Positions 13,501 through 27,469 of a stretch of 64,000 bases of DNA are shown here, piece after piece. Both the position numbers and the translations under genes were made by a program. The DNA is from Eledone cirrhosa (taxonomy: Eukaryota). Position 1 is the stretch's first letter; each line of letters begins with the position of its first letter. The stretch covers positions 265,236,001-265,300,000 of the forward strand of contig OZ024741.1 of the NCBI GenBank assembly GCA_964016885.1. The letters are read 5' to 3'. The notes beneath the pieces were generated by a model. The model did no database searches. It saw nothing but the letters and a program-made list of their open reading frames with translations, and was not told where the DNA came from.

Positions 13501-13711
13501 CAGGCCAGTCTCCAGCAACAGCCTCCCTCAGTCACTCAGTACAGGCCAGTCTGCAGCAACATAACCTCTCTCAGTCACTCAACACAGGCCAGTCTGGAGC
13601 AACATAACCTCTCTCAGTCACTCAACACAGGCCAGTCTGCAGCAACATAACCTCTCTCAGTCACTCAGCACAGGCCAGTCTGCAGTGACATTGCCTCTCT
13701 CAGTCACTCAG
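10512..13711. repeat. 43-bp minisatellite, about 74 units (41- and 48-bp variants)
   Basis: Unit caggccagtctccagcaacatagcctctctcagtcactcagca; the 5-nt 'ttcac' insertion co-occurs with the gcctccctc variant. Confidence 0.97.
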
Positions 13712-13754
13712 TTAATGGATATTAATATATTCATATACGCAATCAACCAGGTAT

Positions 13755-13795
<41 letters not shown>

Positions 13796-14000
13796 GATTA
13801 TACCACCCTCCACCCTAACCACTTCTAATAAACCACCCAAGCAGTTAGTCTTCCTCGGATGTTGTTTTTTTTAATTCTGGAGATTTCTATCTGCTGAATT
13901 AATACAGTTTGTCTCAGCTGTTGATATATCACTTAGTGAGATATGGCTAATGAATCTCTAACTAGATCTTTGCACTAAACAAACACACACACACACACAT

Positions 14001-14066
<66 letters not shown>

Positions 14067-14074
14067 ATATCTGT

Positions 14075-14668
14075 GACCCGTCTATTTCGTTCTTACTGCT
14101 TCCTCTTTCACCTCCCTTTACCCTCTCTAACAGTCACTCTCTCTGTTAGCCTCTTCCTCACCCTTCACTCACTCACTCTGTTAGCCTCTTCCTCACCCTT
14201 CACTCACTCACTCTCTGCTACTACCTCTCCTACTTCCTCCCGTTTGACCTGTGCATAATTCTTTTCTCATGCACGCTTGACCAGGCTGGTTGTTCCTTTT
14301 TTCTCTCTTGTCTACGATTTCACAGAACTTATGTTCACCGAATTCAGCGACTAGACTCCTTCTTCCTCCCGTTTGACCTGTGCGGAATTCCTTCCTTGCT
14401 CACATTTTGACCAGGTTTGATGGTCTTTATTCTCTCTCGTTCACGATTTCACCGAACTTATATTCATGGAAATCTGGGACTTGACTCTTTCTTCCTCACT
14501 TTCCGTTGCTTTACCATCTTTGTTTGTTTACAGTCTCGCTCGTTCCCTTTATTTACGTGTCCCAATGACTTTCTTTAGCCGTTGCTCGCACCAACCGGAG
14601 GTATATGGTCTTTAAAGCGATGAAATACCAATGATGGTTGGAAGATCACTGATGAAGGACTAACTTTA

Positions 14669-14670
<2 letters not shown>
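14075..14670 (+). mobile_element. Probable Penelope-like 3' remnant with an internal ~125-bp duplication, ending in a truncated hammerhead core
   Basis: cttcctcccgtttgacctgtgc...ttcac(a/c)gaactta occurs twice; CTGATGAaggacta matches the motifs at 24571 and 39417. Confidence 0.5.
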
Positions 14671-14727
<57 letters not shown>

Positions 14728-15098
14728 ACACATATATATATATGCATATATATATATACATATATATATATATACATATATATATATAAATAAGGAAGAA
14801 ACCATGGTAGAGATATAATTACGGTATGTGCGCATTTCTTCTAAGTTTAATTTTACTACTAATTACGTGCGGTTGATGGTATATTTGATCGGATTGTGCA
14901 TGCTGCCGAAGTGTTTGATAAATGGTGGAACGGAGCTACCGCGAACTAGCTGCGATCAATTGTTTGTCGGAGATTTCCCCGTTAGAAAATTTATTCTTAA
15001 AGCTTGCTAAATTTGATTATGTATATGGTTAATTATGCTAATTAGAAGAAGAAATAGTATATATTTTAATATCTGATTGATTCTATAGACATGATTTA

Positions 15099-15156
<58 letters not shown>

Positions 15157-15176
15157 ATATATATACATATATATAC

Positions 15177-15207
<31 letters not shown>

Positions 15208-15371
15208 CATATATATACATATATATATACATATATATATCCTTGAGCAAGACACTTTATTTCACGTTGCTCCTTCTACCTGGAGTTGCGACCGATAGAT
15301 AGTATTAGCAATTGGAAAGACCAACGGAAACATTGTTCCCTCGGTCCGATTTGACGAAAGTCGATCGTTCC

Positions 15372-15412
<41 letters not shown>

Positions 15413-15524
15413 ATATATACATACATACATATATATATACATATATATATACATACATACATATATATACATATATATATACATATATATATACATATAT
15501 ATATATATACATATATATATATAC

Positions 15525-15630
<106 letters not shown>

Positions 15631-15753
15631 CTGTGTCTGATGGTAGCTAAGATGCTTCCATAGGCGGCATGCCGGTTGAGCACTCTATGCTCTTACAGAA
15701 CAGAGTATGATAGAATAGAAAACAAAAAATCAGTGATACATCTGAACTCAATT

Positions 15754-15985
15754 TATTCTCTCACTGGGGTATCTGACAGATACCCCAGTGAGAGAATATG
15801 TTCCGAAATCATTAGACGTGTCCGTCGAACCTGTGAGACCATACATAAGTGAGACACAGGTCCCTGGCTTGCCTGGGAGATCAGTGGATCTGTTTCAGTA
15901 CAGACTTGGTCTATATAGACCTGTCCAACCCTCACTAGCAGTGAAAGAGGATGTTAAAACGACAATGATGATGATGATGATGATG
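15754..15985 (+). mobile_element. Short RTE-type 3' tail with a perfect fold-back at its 5' junction
   Basis: 22-bp palindrome tattctctcactggggtatctg-a-cagataccccagtgagagaata; tail 'ccaaccctcactagcagtgaaagaggatgttaaaacgacaatgatg'. Confidence 0.55.
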
Positions 15986-16026
15986 AATGTATATATATAT
16001 ATATGTGTGTGTGTGTATAAAAATAT

Positions 16027-16057
<31 letters not shown>

Positions 16058-17145
16058 GGGGAAGATGGGGGAGAGGGGTGCCGCAAGTCCTGCACCAGAT
16101 GGCAGGATCCGATTAAGGAAGTTCTCCAGAGGCTCAACGGCACCTTGATGGTAGGGGTGGAGGTGGGGTGTTGACAAGGAACTGCTAGCAATGGAGGGCA
16201 CTAGTGGACCTCGGGTGACTCTAGACATTATGACACCTCTGGGATCGCTGACCTAAGATAACCCCAGTCCCATCGAATAAGAGCAAAAAAGTAGAAGAGG
16301 AGGAGGAGGAGGAGGAGAGGACAATAGCAATAAGAACAACAACAGCAAGAAGAATATAAAGAAGAAGAAGAAGAAAGAGGTGGAGAACAACAACAAATAA
16401 ATGCATTAATAAATATGTAGATATATATGAATAATATATAGATATATATAAATAATATCATATACAAATATGTAAATATATAAATATATATAAATATATA
16501 AATATATATAAATATATATAAATATATATAAATATATAAATATATATAAATATATATAAATATATATAAATATATATAAATATATAAATATATATAAATA
16601 TATATAAATATATATAAATATATATAAATATATATAAATATATATAAATATATAAATATATATAAATATATATAAATATATATAAATATATATATAAATG
16701 ATAATGAGTTTTCAATGAAGTCAGCACAAATGTGATACGGTTATCAGATGGAAGTGGGAAGAGGAAGTTGTTAATATTTTCCCAAGAGTATTAACTAAAA
16801 TAACTGGAGTGAATCCAGCCCCACCAAACACCAAAACTAGTTCATGCACTAAGTCCTGTAGTCTGTACTCTTATGCAATCAAAATACCCTTAAATCAGAA
16901 GCCTGCCTCGTTTCAGATGTTTGTCTCAGAATGGATTCTATGAAGGCAAACCATAATACCCATGAACTTGGAAGATAAATACCCCTATTTACTCACAATA
17001 GTGAGAGATGGGGAGGGTGTGTGAGACGGAGGTAGTGACAGTGGGAGTTTGGTCCTTTTATGTTCGAACCAGGTGTATATATGGTATATAAGAGAGAATG
17101 AGTCTAAAAGCTGTTTCTTGTACGTTATATACAGTAAACTACCCC

Positions 17146-17190
17146 TATCTTCTGATGAAGAGATAATCTCTGAAACACTGTAATACAAGA
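17146..17190 (+). ncRNA. Hammerhead-ribozyme-like motif (Penelope type)
   Basis: CTGATGA-AGAGA-taa-TCTCT-GAAA-CA-c-TG-TA; stem II perfect, stem I decayed. Confidence 0.6.
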
Positions 17191-17307
17191 GCTTGTATTG
17201 CATTGGAAACATAACCTTATTGTGTAAGATGCTGTCTGATGATGTTGCATTACTGGTTGTGTGATCAAAACATCATGTAGTCATGAACACCATTGAAATA
17301 AGTATTA

Positions 17308-17660
17308 TGGAGGCACATGGCTTAGTGGTTAGAGCATTGGCCTTGCAATCAAAAGGTTGTGAGTTCAATTCTCAGACCGAGTGATGTGTTGTTTCCTTGA
17401 GCAAGACACTTTATTTCACATTGCTCCAGTTTACTCAGCTGTAGAAATGAGACGATAGGGACTGGGGTCCCTATCATTCCACTGCAAAAAAAAGTGGTCG
17501 TGGAGGTGCCACGGCAAAAAAGCACCCAGCACTCACTGTAAATGAGGTTGGTGTTAGGAAGAGCATCCAGCTGTAGAAATCAAGCCAGAATCAGTTCCCG
17601 TCCCACCCTTGCAAGCAGGGAAAAAGCGGACGTAAAATGAAATGAATGAATGAATGAATC
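17308..17660 (+). mobile_element. Full-length SINE family B
   Basis: GGAGGCACA-TGGCTTAGTGG...GAGTTCAATTC head, RTE-like tail, (ATGA)n end. Confidence 0.9.
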
Positions 17661-17844
17661 TCAGCTTTATGAATAAAAGAATTTTTAACATTTACATTTC
17701 ACCTTTGCATTTATGTTTATTGTACATATACAAGGGTTGGCTGAAAAGCTCATAGGCTGAATATGAAGGATTGATGCTAGTGCTGTAAAATCTGCACCAG
17801 TGTGTTGCATATGCAATCCTAATTAGTTAACATTTTTATCGTAA

Positions 17845-17950
<106 letters not shown>

Positions 17951-18192
17951 TCTAAAGTCTGTCTCAAGCTCAGAGGCTCATTCGGCCGCTGTTTATCCCA
18001 GTTTCTGTAGCATGAAGTGACTGAGAGAACAAAACTCTCCCCTGGACAGGACACCAGGTACTCATTTTCTGGACCATCCTGAACTGAAGTGTTTTGCTCA
18101 AGAACTCAATGCAACCCACGAAATTATGATCACAAGTTCAACACACTTATGTATATATATATATGTATATATATAAATGTATATATATATAT

Positions 18193-18385
18193 ACGGGAAA
18201 ATGTTTAACCCCGACGGCAGAGCTCAAGCCGTTTCGACAGCTATTTCTGGACTAAATTCCGTCGAAACGGCTTGAGCTCTGCCGTCGGGGTTAAACATTT
18301 TCCTATTACTTACTCTACTACCCTAAGTATTGAGTACTCTGGTGCGTTATGGTCCACCTGATTCCTTACCCCACTTGCTTCGTTA
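18193..18385. mobile_element. Hairpin short element in (TA)n
   Basis: ggaaaatgtttaaccccgacggcagagctcaagccgtttcgac / gtcgaaacggcttgagctctgccgtcggggttaaacattttcc. Confidence 0.85.
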
Positions 18386-18624
18386 TATATATATATATAT
18401 AATTTCTCAACCAGAGTTAACACAAAGTTATATAAGGATGACACAATGAATATATCAACTCTATGTATGTAGCCATAGTATATAACCACAGCAATGACAA
18501 ATTCAAAAACATATCTATATACAACTGGACATTCCCAAGCCCCACTTTGGGGTAGCACCCACTTTGGGGTAGCACCCACTTTGAGAACCTCTGTTCTAGC
18601 ATATATATATATATATATATATTT

Positions 18625-19052
18625 GGTGCTACACAGTAATAGAGAAGACCCGCCTTACCTAAGTACAAAGTGAAACCTACTACAGTCAGTAGGCACCTCT
18701 AACAAAATACACCCCCATCCCACTACCCCCACCCCATCCACACCACCCCTTTCGATGTAAAGTTATGTTGGTACCACAACATCCAGTCCTAAACAAATGA
18801 GGTCGTGTAGGTGTCACGACAAAAAAAACACACAGTCCACGCTGTAATGTGGCCATGTAGGCAACACGGTAAAAACCTCCCAGTTCCACACTGTAAATGT
18901 GGTTGGTGTTAGGAAGGGCATCCAGCCGTAGAAAACCCGCCAGACAGTCCTATACGAACAAGACAACCACTCTTGCCTCAAGTGGGAAAACTCCCGTCCA
19001 AACCCATGCAAGCGTGGAAGATGGACGTTAAATGATGATGATGATGATGATG
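18625..19052 (+). mobile_element. 3' UTR-only copy of the RTE at 29850-31570
   Basis: Reverse-complement match to 29850-30270; (GAT)n tail. Confidence 0.85.
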
Positions 19053-19786
19053 ATATATATATATACACACAGTCGATTGACAAGATTCCAGACTTTATTC
19101 GCTTAATGAGTGGGGTGGAGCTTGTCAAATCAGACCCGAGGAAACAATGTTTCTATTGGTATTTCCAATTGCTAGTACTATCTATCAGTCACAAATCCAA
19201 GTAGAAGGAACAACATGAAATAAAGTGTCTTGCTCAAGGACATAACACATCACCCGGTCCGGGAATCAAACTCACAACCTCACGATTGTGAATCCAATTC
19301 TCTAACCACTCAGCCATGCGTATTTATATATTATTTTGTAGATGTTTCTGTTGACCTGAGATTCATTAATGTCATAAAAGAAAATAAATATCACCAAATG
19401 ACCCTAAGTCTTAGTACAGATATGTGACCCTTTCCTGAGCTGCTGGTTTTACTTCAATTATATCTTGTAGCTGTGAGTGGGGTTTTTAGAGCCCAGAGTT
19501 AATGAGCAGAAGTGAGATGGGAGCATTTGCTCTGTTATACACACATATATATAGGTTATGGTGGAACATACACATACACACATATATATAGTTTATAGTG
19601 GAACGTACACACATACATACATACTGTCACACACACGTATATATATATAGCTTTTGACAGTCACACACACATACATACACTGTCACACACACACACATAT
19701 ATATATATTGCTTATGATGGTGGAAGACACACATACACACATATATATAGTTTACAGTGGAACGTACACACACACATACATACTGT

Positions 19787-19817
<31 letters not shown>

Positions 19818-19884
19818 TGATTCACACATAATGTGTTACTTTTTTCAGTTTTTGAAATAAAAACAAGTGGTGATATGGACATGC

Positions 19885-21673
19885 AGTGATGATGATGATA
19901 ATGATGGTGGTTGTGATGGTAATGGTGATGCTGATGATGATGATGGTGATGATGATGATGGTGATGGTGATGATGATGATGATGATGGTTGTTGTGATGG
20001 TAATGGTGATGCTGATGATGATGATGATGATGATTGTGGTGGTAATGATGACGATGATGATGATGATGGTGATGATGATGATGATGATGATGATGATGAG
20101 AAAGAGGAGAGGAGGAGGACAATGGTGGTGATGATGATGATTAGGAAGATGATGATGAAGAGAATGATGTTATACATTTGTGTGTGTATGTGTGTGTGTG
20201 TGTGAGTGTGAGTGTGTATCTGTGTATGTATGTGTGTGTGAGTGTGTGAGTGTGTATCTCTGTATGCATGTGTGTGTGCGAGTGTGTATCCGTGTACGTA
20301 TGTGTGTGTGTGAGTGTGTATCTGTGTATGTATGTGTGTGTGTGAGTGTGTATCTGTGTATGTATGTGTGTGTGCGAGTGTGTATCTGTGTATGTGTGTG
20401 TGTGTATCTGTGTACGTATGTGTGTGTGAGTGTGTATCTGTATATGTATGTGTGTGTGCGAGTGTGTATCTGTGTATGTATGTGTGTGTGTGAGTGTGTA
20501 TCTGTGTATGTATGTGTGTGTGTGAGTGTGTATCTGTGTATGTATGTGTGTGTGAGTGTGTATCTGTGTATGTATGTGTGTGTGCGAGTGTGTATCTGTG
20601 TATGTATGTGTGTGTGTGAGTGTGTATCTGTGTATGTATGTGTGTGTGTGAGTGTGTATCTGTGTATGTATGTGTGTGTGAGTGTGTATCTGTGTATGTA
20701 TGTGTGTGTGCGAGTGTGTATCTGTGTATGTATGTGTGTGTGTGAGTGTGTATCTGTGTATGTATGTGTGTGTGTGAGTGTGTATCTGTGTATGTATGTG
20801 TGTGTGAGTGTGTATCTGTGTATGTATGTGTGTGTGCGAGTGTGTATCTGTGTATGTATGTGTGTGTGTGAGTGTGTATCTGTGTATGTATGTGTGTGTG
20901 TGAGTGTGTATCTGTGTATGTATGTGTGTGTGAGTGTGTATCTGTGTATGTATGTGTGTATCTGTGTATGTATGTGTGTGTGTGTATCTTTGTGTTTCTG
21001 CATGTCTCTGCGCACTTGTAATAATTCTGCTGCATGTGTGGGAACAAAATATTACCCCTCCCACACACACACACACGCACACACCCACACACACATACAC
21101 ATCCAAACACCCCCCACCCCACACACACACATCCAAACACATATACGCACACAGTGTCAATTGCTTCTATACACTGACATAATTTTACACACACATGCGC
21201 ATACATTTACACACACAATCAACATACATTTACACACACAATCCACATACATACTCATTTACACACACACATCCACACACATTCACACACACACATACAT
21301 ACTCATTTACACACACACATCCACACACATTCACACACACACATACATACTCATTTACACACACACATCCACACACATTCACACACACACATACATACTC
21401 ATTTACACACACACATCCACATACATTCACACACACACATACATACTCATTTACACACATACATCCACATACATTGACACACACACATACATACTCATTT
21501 ATGCACACACATCCACATACATTCACACACACACATACATACTCATTTACACACACACATTGACACACTCATTTACACACACATCCACATATCTACTCAC
21601 AAACAGTCTTTGTTTCTTGATGTATATAACATACAATGATATATTCACTTTCCTTATCTCCCCCCCCCCCTCG

Positions 21674-21704
<31 letters not shown>

Positions 21705-21932
21705 GTCTTTCTCCTTTCTCCTCTCTCTGTCTCTCTCTCTCCCTCTCTTTCTCTCTATGTCTCTCTGTCTCTGTGTCTCTGTTTGTCTTCTCTCTCTCTC
21801 TCTCATTTATTCTATCTCCCACTCTCTAACTGTATATATATTTACATATACATCTCTCTCCCTCTTTCTCTAATACTCACCCCACCCCAAACATACACAC
21901 ACACACACACAAACACACACATACACACACAA

Positions 21933-21987
<55 letters not shown>

Positions 21988-22091
21988 CACACACAAACAC
22001 ACACAAACACACACAAACACACACAAACACACAAACACACACAAACACACACACACACACACAAACACACACAAACACACACACAAACAAA

Positions 22092-22134
<43 letters not shown>

Positions 22135-22135
22135 C
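19885..22135. repeat. Compound microsatellite/minisatellite block (GAT/GGT, TG-based ~30-bp units, CA-based ~40-bp units)
   Basis: Direct inspection. Confidence 0.95.
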
Positions 22136-22609
22136 CTAATGTTTGTTTTTTTCTTCTCTTAATGAGATATAACTTACATGATCACCCGCACCATCCAGCC
22201 TGTTAGAAATAGCAGCTAAATCTGCCTCAAATTACACCATACCGTCTTTAAAAAAAAACAGTCGGGTCACATTGTATAATGTACTCTTAGATACACAATG
22301 CCCAATGGCTGCAATGCTCAAGAGAAAGAAAAAGACTGTTAAAGCCAGAACAGCTTTGATTATAGGCTTTGCTCAGCCAACTTTGACCAATTTGTTACCC
22401 ACAACATTCTTCACTTCCATCATAAGATATACACCACATTCCTTCACATGTCTCTCACACTGGCTAATCTAATATATGTGTACATAGGCATATATATGTG
22501 TGTGTGTGTGTGTGTGTGTATGTTTGTGCATATATGTGTGTGTGTGTATGTTTGTGCATATATATGTGAATATGTGTGTATGTGTGTATGTATTTTTTTC
22601 TATTCTAAG

Positions 22610-22780
22610 GCGGGTAAAATTCCCGAGATCCATCGACGAGTTCTCTCCAGCGGTCTCTGTCCCTCATTATCGCTGCCATGTCCTGCGTCTCCAACAGACC
22701 AGTGTCTGTCCTTAGGGCATCAACATACGTTAACCTTGGTCTTCCTCTTCTAGTGTGTCCATGTAGGGGCTCCCAAAGGA
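22610..22780 (-). mobile_element. RTE-type LINE extreme 3' fragment (related piece at 63410-63475)
   Basis: Translates [27 protein letters not shown]...MRDRDRWRELVDGSR. Confidence 0.8.
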
Positions 22781-22981
22781 TGATGATGATGATATGTATG
22801 TATACATATCATCATCATCATTGCAGTTTTAACGCTTGCTTTCCCTGCCAGCAAAGGGTATATTTTATATATATATATATATATGTGTGTGCATATATTT
22901 ATATAAATATACACACACACATACATATATACACACACACATATATATGTATGTATGTGTGTGAGTGAGTATATATATATG

Positions 22982-23015
<34 letters not shown>

Positions 23016-23307
23016 TTACACATAATTTCCCAGATTGAGGTATGCTGTAACACCAAGCCCCTTTTACAATGCATCATTTCACACACAATCCTTCTCTTTG
23101 ACATATTTTACAAATCAACAAATCACCTGAAAAAAACGGGAGCCTTCAGAGATTTATAAATTTTGATGTTCCTGCCTTGCCCTACTAATATATATTATTT
23201 AAGTCATAAAGTAAAATATCATTGAAAATAGATCTCGTATGAATAAAATGAAAACATATCGGCTGATTCATGAAAGACATTTTGCATGCTTAGCCCATAT
23301 AAATATG

Positions 23308-23351
<44 letters not shown>

Positions 23352-23353
<2 letters not shown>

Positions 23354-23935
23354 ATTAGCATGGGAGGGGGGCGAGTCCAAGGCCATAGTATTTAGAATAA
23401 GGATGGGTTGGAAGAAGTTTAGGGAACTGCTTCCTCTGTTGACAAAGAAGGTTTTCTCCCTGCGTACGAAAGGCCGGTTATATGGTGCCTGTGTGAGATG
23501 CGCGATGCTGCATGGTAGTGAGACATGGGCAGCAACTGCAGAGGATATGCAACGGCTGGAGAGAAATGAAGCAGGCATGCTCTGTTGGATGTGCAATGTC
23601 AATGTACGTGAACGACCGAGCATGGATGTGTTGAGAGAGAAACTGTGTATAAGAGGGATAGCTTGTAGTGTGCAAGAGTGGTATGGACATGTGATGCGCA
23701 TGGACGATGACCGCTGGGTAAAGAAGTGCCAAGAAATCCCAGTAGAAGGAAGACGCAGTAGACGAAGATCACGAAAAACATGGGCGGAGGTGATGAGAGC
23801 TGATCTCAGATCTCTGAAGCTCACGGGGGAGATGACGAAGGACTGTGACAAGTGGAGAGATGCTGTGTTGAATAGGACCCATCCCACCCTTGTAAACAGG
23901 GAAAAGCGGACGTAAAATGATGATTTTGATGATGA
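23352..23935 (+). mobile_element. 5'-truncated RTE LINE (C-terminal ORF part, open)
   Basis: GWKKFRELLPLL..KGRLY.ACVR.AMLHGSETW...WYGHVMRM...RKTW; tail gggaaaagcggacgtaaaatgatga. Confidence 0.9.
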
Positions 23936-23989
23936 TATACACATATGCATCATTATTTTTATGTCCACTTTTCCATGCTTGCATGGGTG

Positions 23990-24052
<63 letters not shown>

Positions 24053-24239
24053 ATCCTAGCCAAAGTACAGTTCAGTCTGAGCAAAGAACAGTGTGGCCAA
24101 CTGGCCAAAGTTATCTCATGACATGGCAACCTGTCGAACCCATGCAAGAAGGGAAAAAATGGACGTTAAAAGGTGATGACGATGATGATGATGATATGTA
24201 CATAATTATGTATGCATGTATGTATGTGTGTATGTATCA

Positions 24240-24485
24240 CCATTTTTCACCATTTTTACGTCTCCTTTTCCCTGCTTGCAAGGGTGGGACGGGATTCTGA
24301 TTCTGGCTTGATTTCTACAGCTGGATGCCCTTCCTAACACCAACCTCATTTACAGTGAGTGCTGGGTGCTTTTTTGCCGTGGCACCTCCACGACCACTTT
24401 GCAGTGGAATGATAGGGACCCCAGTCCCTATCATCTCATTTCTACAGCTGAGTAAACTGGAGCAATGTGAAATAAAGTGTCTTGC
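24240..24485 (-). mobile_element. SINE family B (5' part lost)
   Basis: Match to 17400-17640. Confidence 0.85.
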
Positions 24486-24570
24486 AAAAAGTAAATGGAA
24501 ACAACAAAGCAAACAACAAAGTACAATGAAGGAATATATTAGTTTAACACTTGATATAATATGAAAAGAG

Positions 24571-24606
24571 TCTTTACGTTTCGGACACTAGTCCTTCATC
24601 AGAGAA
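24571..24606 (-). ncRNA. Minimal hammerhead-ribozyme motif
   Basis: Minus strand CTGATGA-a-GGAC-tagt-GTCC-GAAA-CG-TA-aaga. Confidence 0.65.
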
Positions 24607-24831
24607 AAGAATGAGGAATAAAAGATAATATAGAAAGATAGAGAGTGAAAAGAAGAAGGAACAGAAACATTTTTTTAGAGAAAAAGCACGTGTGATTCAG
24701 TTAGCCATTTTGGAGAAATATATATACTTGAAATGTGAGCATCGAAATGCAGAAAACAACTGTAAAAACAGCTGATTGATTGCCATATATATATATATAC
24801 ACATGTAGAGAGAGAGAGAGGGGGGGGGCGT

Positions 24832-25183
24832 AAGAGAGTCTAAGTCAGTATTGCAGCATATGTACAAACTTTATTTACATATTACAATTGTTTCGATATC
24901 GATCAGTTCAGGGTACAATCAAGGTCACGGGGCCCAACTCTTTTACGACATTTCATCAGATATGTGAGTTTATATGTGCAAAGTTACGTCTAAACTTTTG
25001 TCAGGTTTACTTTAGTAAAGTTTAGATGTGTCTTTGCACAGATAAGCACGTATATCTGATGAGATGTCGTAAAAGAGACAGGCCCCGTCACCTTGATTGT
25101 ACCCTGACCTGATCAATATTGAAATAATTGTAATATGCAAATAAAGTCTGTACATATACTGCAACACTGACTTCAACTCTTTT
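24832..25183. repeat. About 165-bp-arm imperfect inverted repeat, each arm carrying an extended hammerhead motif
   Basis: Arms complementary from aagag.. to ..ctctt; plus arm tatat-CTGATGA(25056)-gatgtcg...atatt-GAAA(25121)-taattg-TA-atatg. Confidence 0.8.
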
Positions 25184-26715
25184 AAATCTATTTATACTCT
25201 GCACACTACAGTTGTAACACTAGAATACAACCCAAATGTAACGGACCTTGAAACAGCATCGAGTGCTTCGAATAGTGCACCACCTGTAACTGTTGTTGCA
25301 CACCTAACTAACATTATATATATACATGCATACATATATATATGAAAAGGCCCTCTGTAGTTTCTGTCTACCAAATTCCACTCACAAGATATAGTAGAAG
25401 ACATTAACACTGAAATATTCTATTAAACAACCAATAAACAAAATTGTTAACTTAAATATAAATTATTACAGATTTAGTTATAAATCCAATAAAGACGTCT
25501 TTATAACTGAGATGACTTTCTTCCATCTTTTACATTGTTTTCTTTCAAACAAGACATTTTATTTAAAAAGACATCTAATGTCTAAACAGTTTCTCAAGAA
25601 AGAATTGTAATTCACTGACTAGCAGGTGAATCAAAGAGTCTTCTGTTTGTAAAAATAAGTTAAATTGGTGAAAGATGGCAACAAAACAGCCTGATAAAAC
25701 AGTAAATATATTTTTGAAAATAGGGTTTAAAAGGGGTTGGAATCAAAGCAACACACCTGGAACACTTATTATCAAAGGACATAGAAAAAAAATTCTGTAG
25801 TGCACCAAAAAGTAGAAGAAACTTTATTTACTGCCATCTCTAGACTTAATCACCTTCTTGACATATTCATCAAAATGTCTTTATATTTTGTATTGTAAAA
25901 GCAACAAAACCTCTTTAATTACCCCCTTTTTGTGTTGTATTCTTATCAAAACAGAAAAATAAATCAATGCAAAGTTCTTCTAGCTAGAAACTATTGATAT
26001 ATCTCTAAATTTCACTGAAACAAAGGAAGCAATGTCATGTACGAAATGACAAGAGTATCCCATAAAAAAACAAGCTCTGTTTATATTGTGAACTCTATAC
26101 CTGACTAAATTATGTCTTCCTATGTTTATACTTCAATTGTCAACTCTCAAGCTAACAACAGTTGACCCAGGGCATTTCACTGTTGCTCATAATAATTTTA
26201 ATTTTCTAATATATTATTTCTACCTTTGCCATAATAGGGTCCCAGTTGTCGTAGACATGTCACAGAACTTTGTAACAACCTTGTGTAGTCTCTAGTCATA
26301 TAAAAACATTCTAAAAGTTAGTTAGTGGGTCCATCTTATCATGCATGAATTGTTTGAGCCATCTATCAATCTATCAGTAGAGAAAATGACAGGAACTACA
26401 TCTCCTGTCCAGGTAAGTCTGAAGAACAGAAAAAAACATGCCACAAAAATAAAGGTGAACGATGACATCTTCATAATTGGTGGCACAAGAAGGAGACTAA
26501 TACCTATTTATCTACTTCTGCTAATCCACCCCCTTATATATATATATATATATATATATAATCATGATCATCACCATTTCAGGTCTAGACGAAGGACTGT
26601 GACAAGTGGAGAGATGCTGTGCTGAATAGGACCCCCCCCCCCCCCCAGCCTTGCAAGCAGGGAAAAGTGGACGTAAAGTGATGATGATGATGATGATGAT
26701 GTGTATATATTATAA

Positions 26716-26932
26716 TAATTGTTTCTACTTTAGGCACAAAGCCAGCAATTTGGGGGAGAGGAGAAAGTCGATTAAATGAACCCCAGTGCATTTATGGGGC
26801 TTTATTTTATTGACCCTGTAAGGATTAAAGGTCAAGTTAACCTCGGCGGGATTTGAACTCAGAATGTAAAGTGCCATAACTCTATGCTGCAAAGCATGGT
26901 GTCTGACGCTCTACCTATACTGCTAATCCACC
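26716..26932 (-). mobile_element. SINE family A
   Basis: Shared body and B-box. Confidence 0.8.
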
Positions 26933-27469
26933 ACAAAACATACTTACATTACTGTTTATATCTTAGGTTAGGGGTATCAAACTCAGGAATTCAAAAAGAG
27001 TCATTGCTTCCAAGGGAAGAGGCACAGTGGGCTAAAAGTGAGATGAAGGAATCATTATGTTATAAAGCTTCCAATATTTTACTCCCTGTTCTCTGTGCAC
27101 TAACACAATATATACCCTGCATTTGTTTATCTTTCATTACACCTTGGATAAATGGATTTGCTCCACCCTACAATTTTTGTATGTTTTTAATGTCACTGAG
27201 GGTGCAAAAGGCATGTCAAGATGATTTAGTCGTTTTTATGCTCAGATGTTAGTACTATTGCTGTACTATAATGTTATAGTACAGCTCAATGGAAGTCTTC
27301 CATTTAACATATTTTTCACATTCACTTTATAGATGCATGTGTATGACTTAGAAAAATGTCTAACGTTTTTCATAATTCCAGTATTTATTATACACACTCA
27401 CATGCACATATGTATATGCATATGTATGTCTATATGTATGTATGTATATATATAAAAGTAAGAATTAAA

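Noticed and set aside
10512-13711. CRISPR-like appearance of the 43-, 47- and 84-bp arrays
   Set aside because: No unique spacers, no cas genes, eukaryotic context
16060-16290. Possible very old REL-type LINE 3' fragment
   Set aside because: Too degenerate to support from sequence alone
17308-17385. tRNA gene
   Set aside because: A and B boxes are present but there is no complete cloverleaf, and the sequence continues into a SINE body seen in many copies
19712-22139. Long His-, Asp- and Cys/Val-rich ORFs, and all YIYI/THTH/CVCV ORFs elsewhere
   Set aside because: Translations of simple repeats
25192-25320. Cys-containing minus-strand frame as exon 2 of the IGFBP-like gene
   Set aside because: The Cys-rich reading is phase 0, incompatible with the phase-1 donor, and the acceptor is weak
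26380-26420. Isolated strong plus-strand donor CAG|GTAAGT after ATG ACA GGA... (similar case ATG TTG TCA...|GTAAGT at 63058-63083)
   Set aside because: A single splice signal with no supporting partner exon; expected by chance
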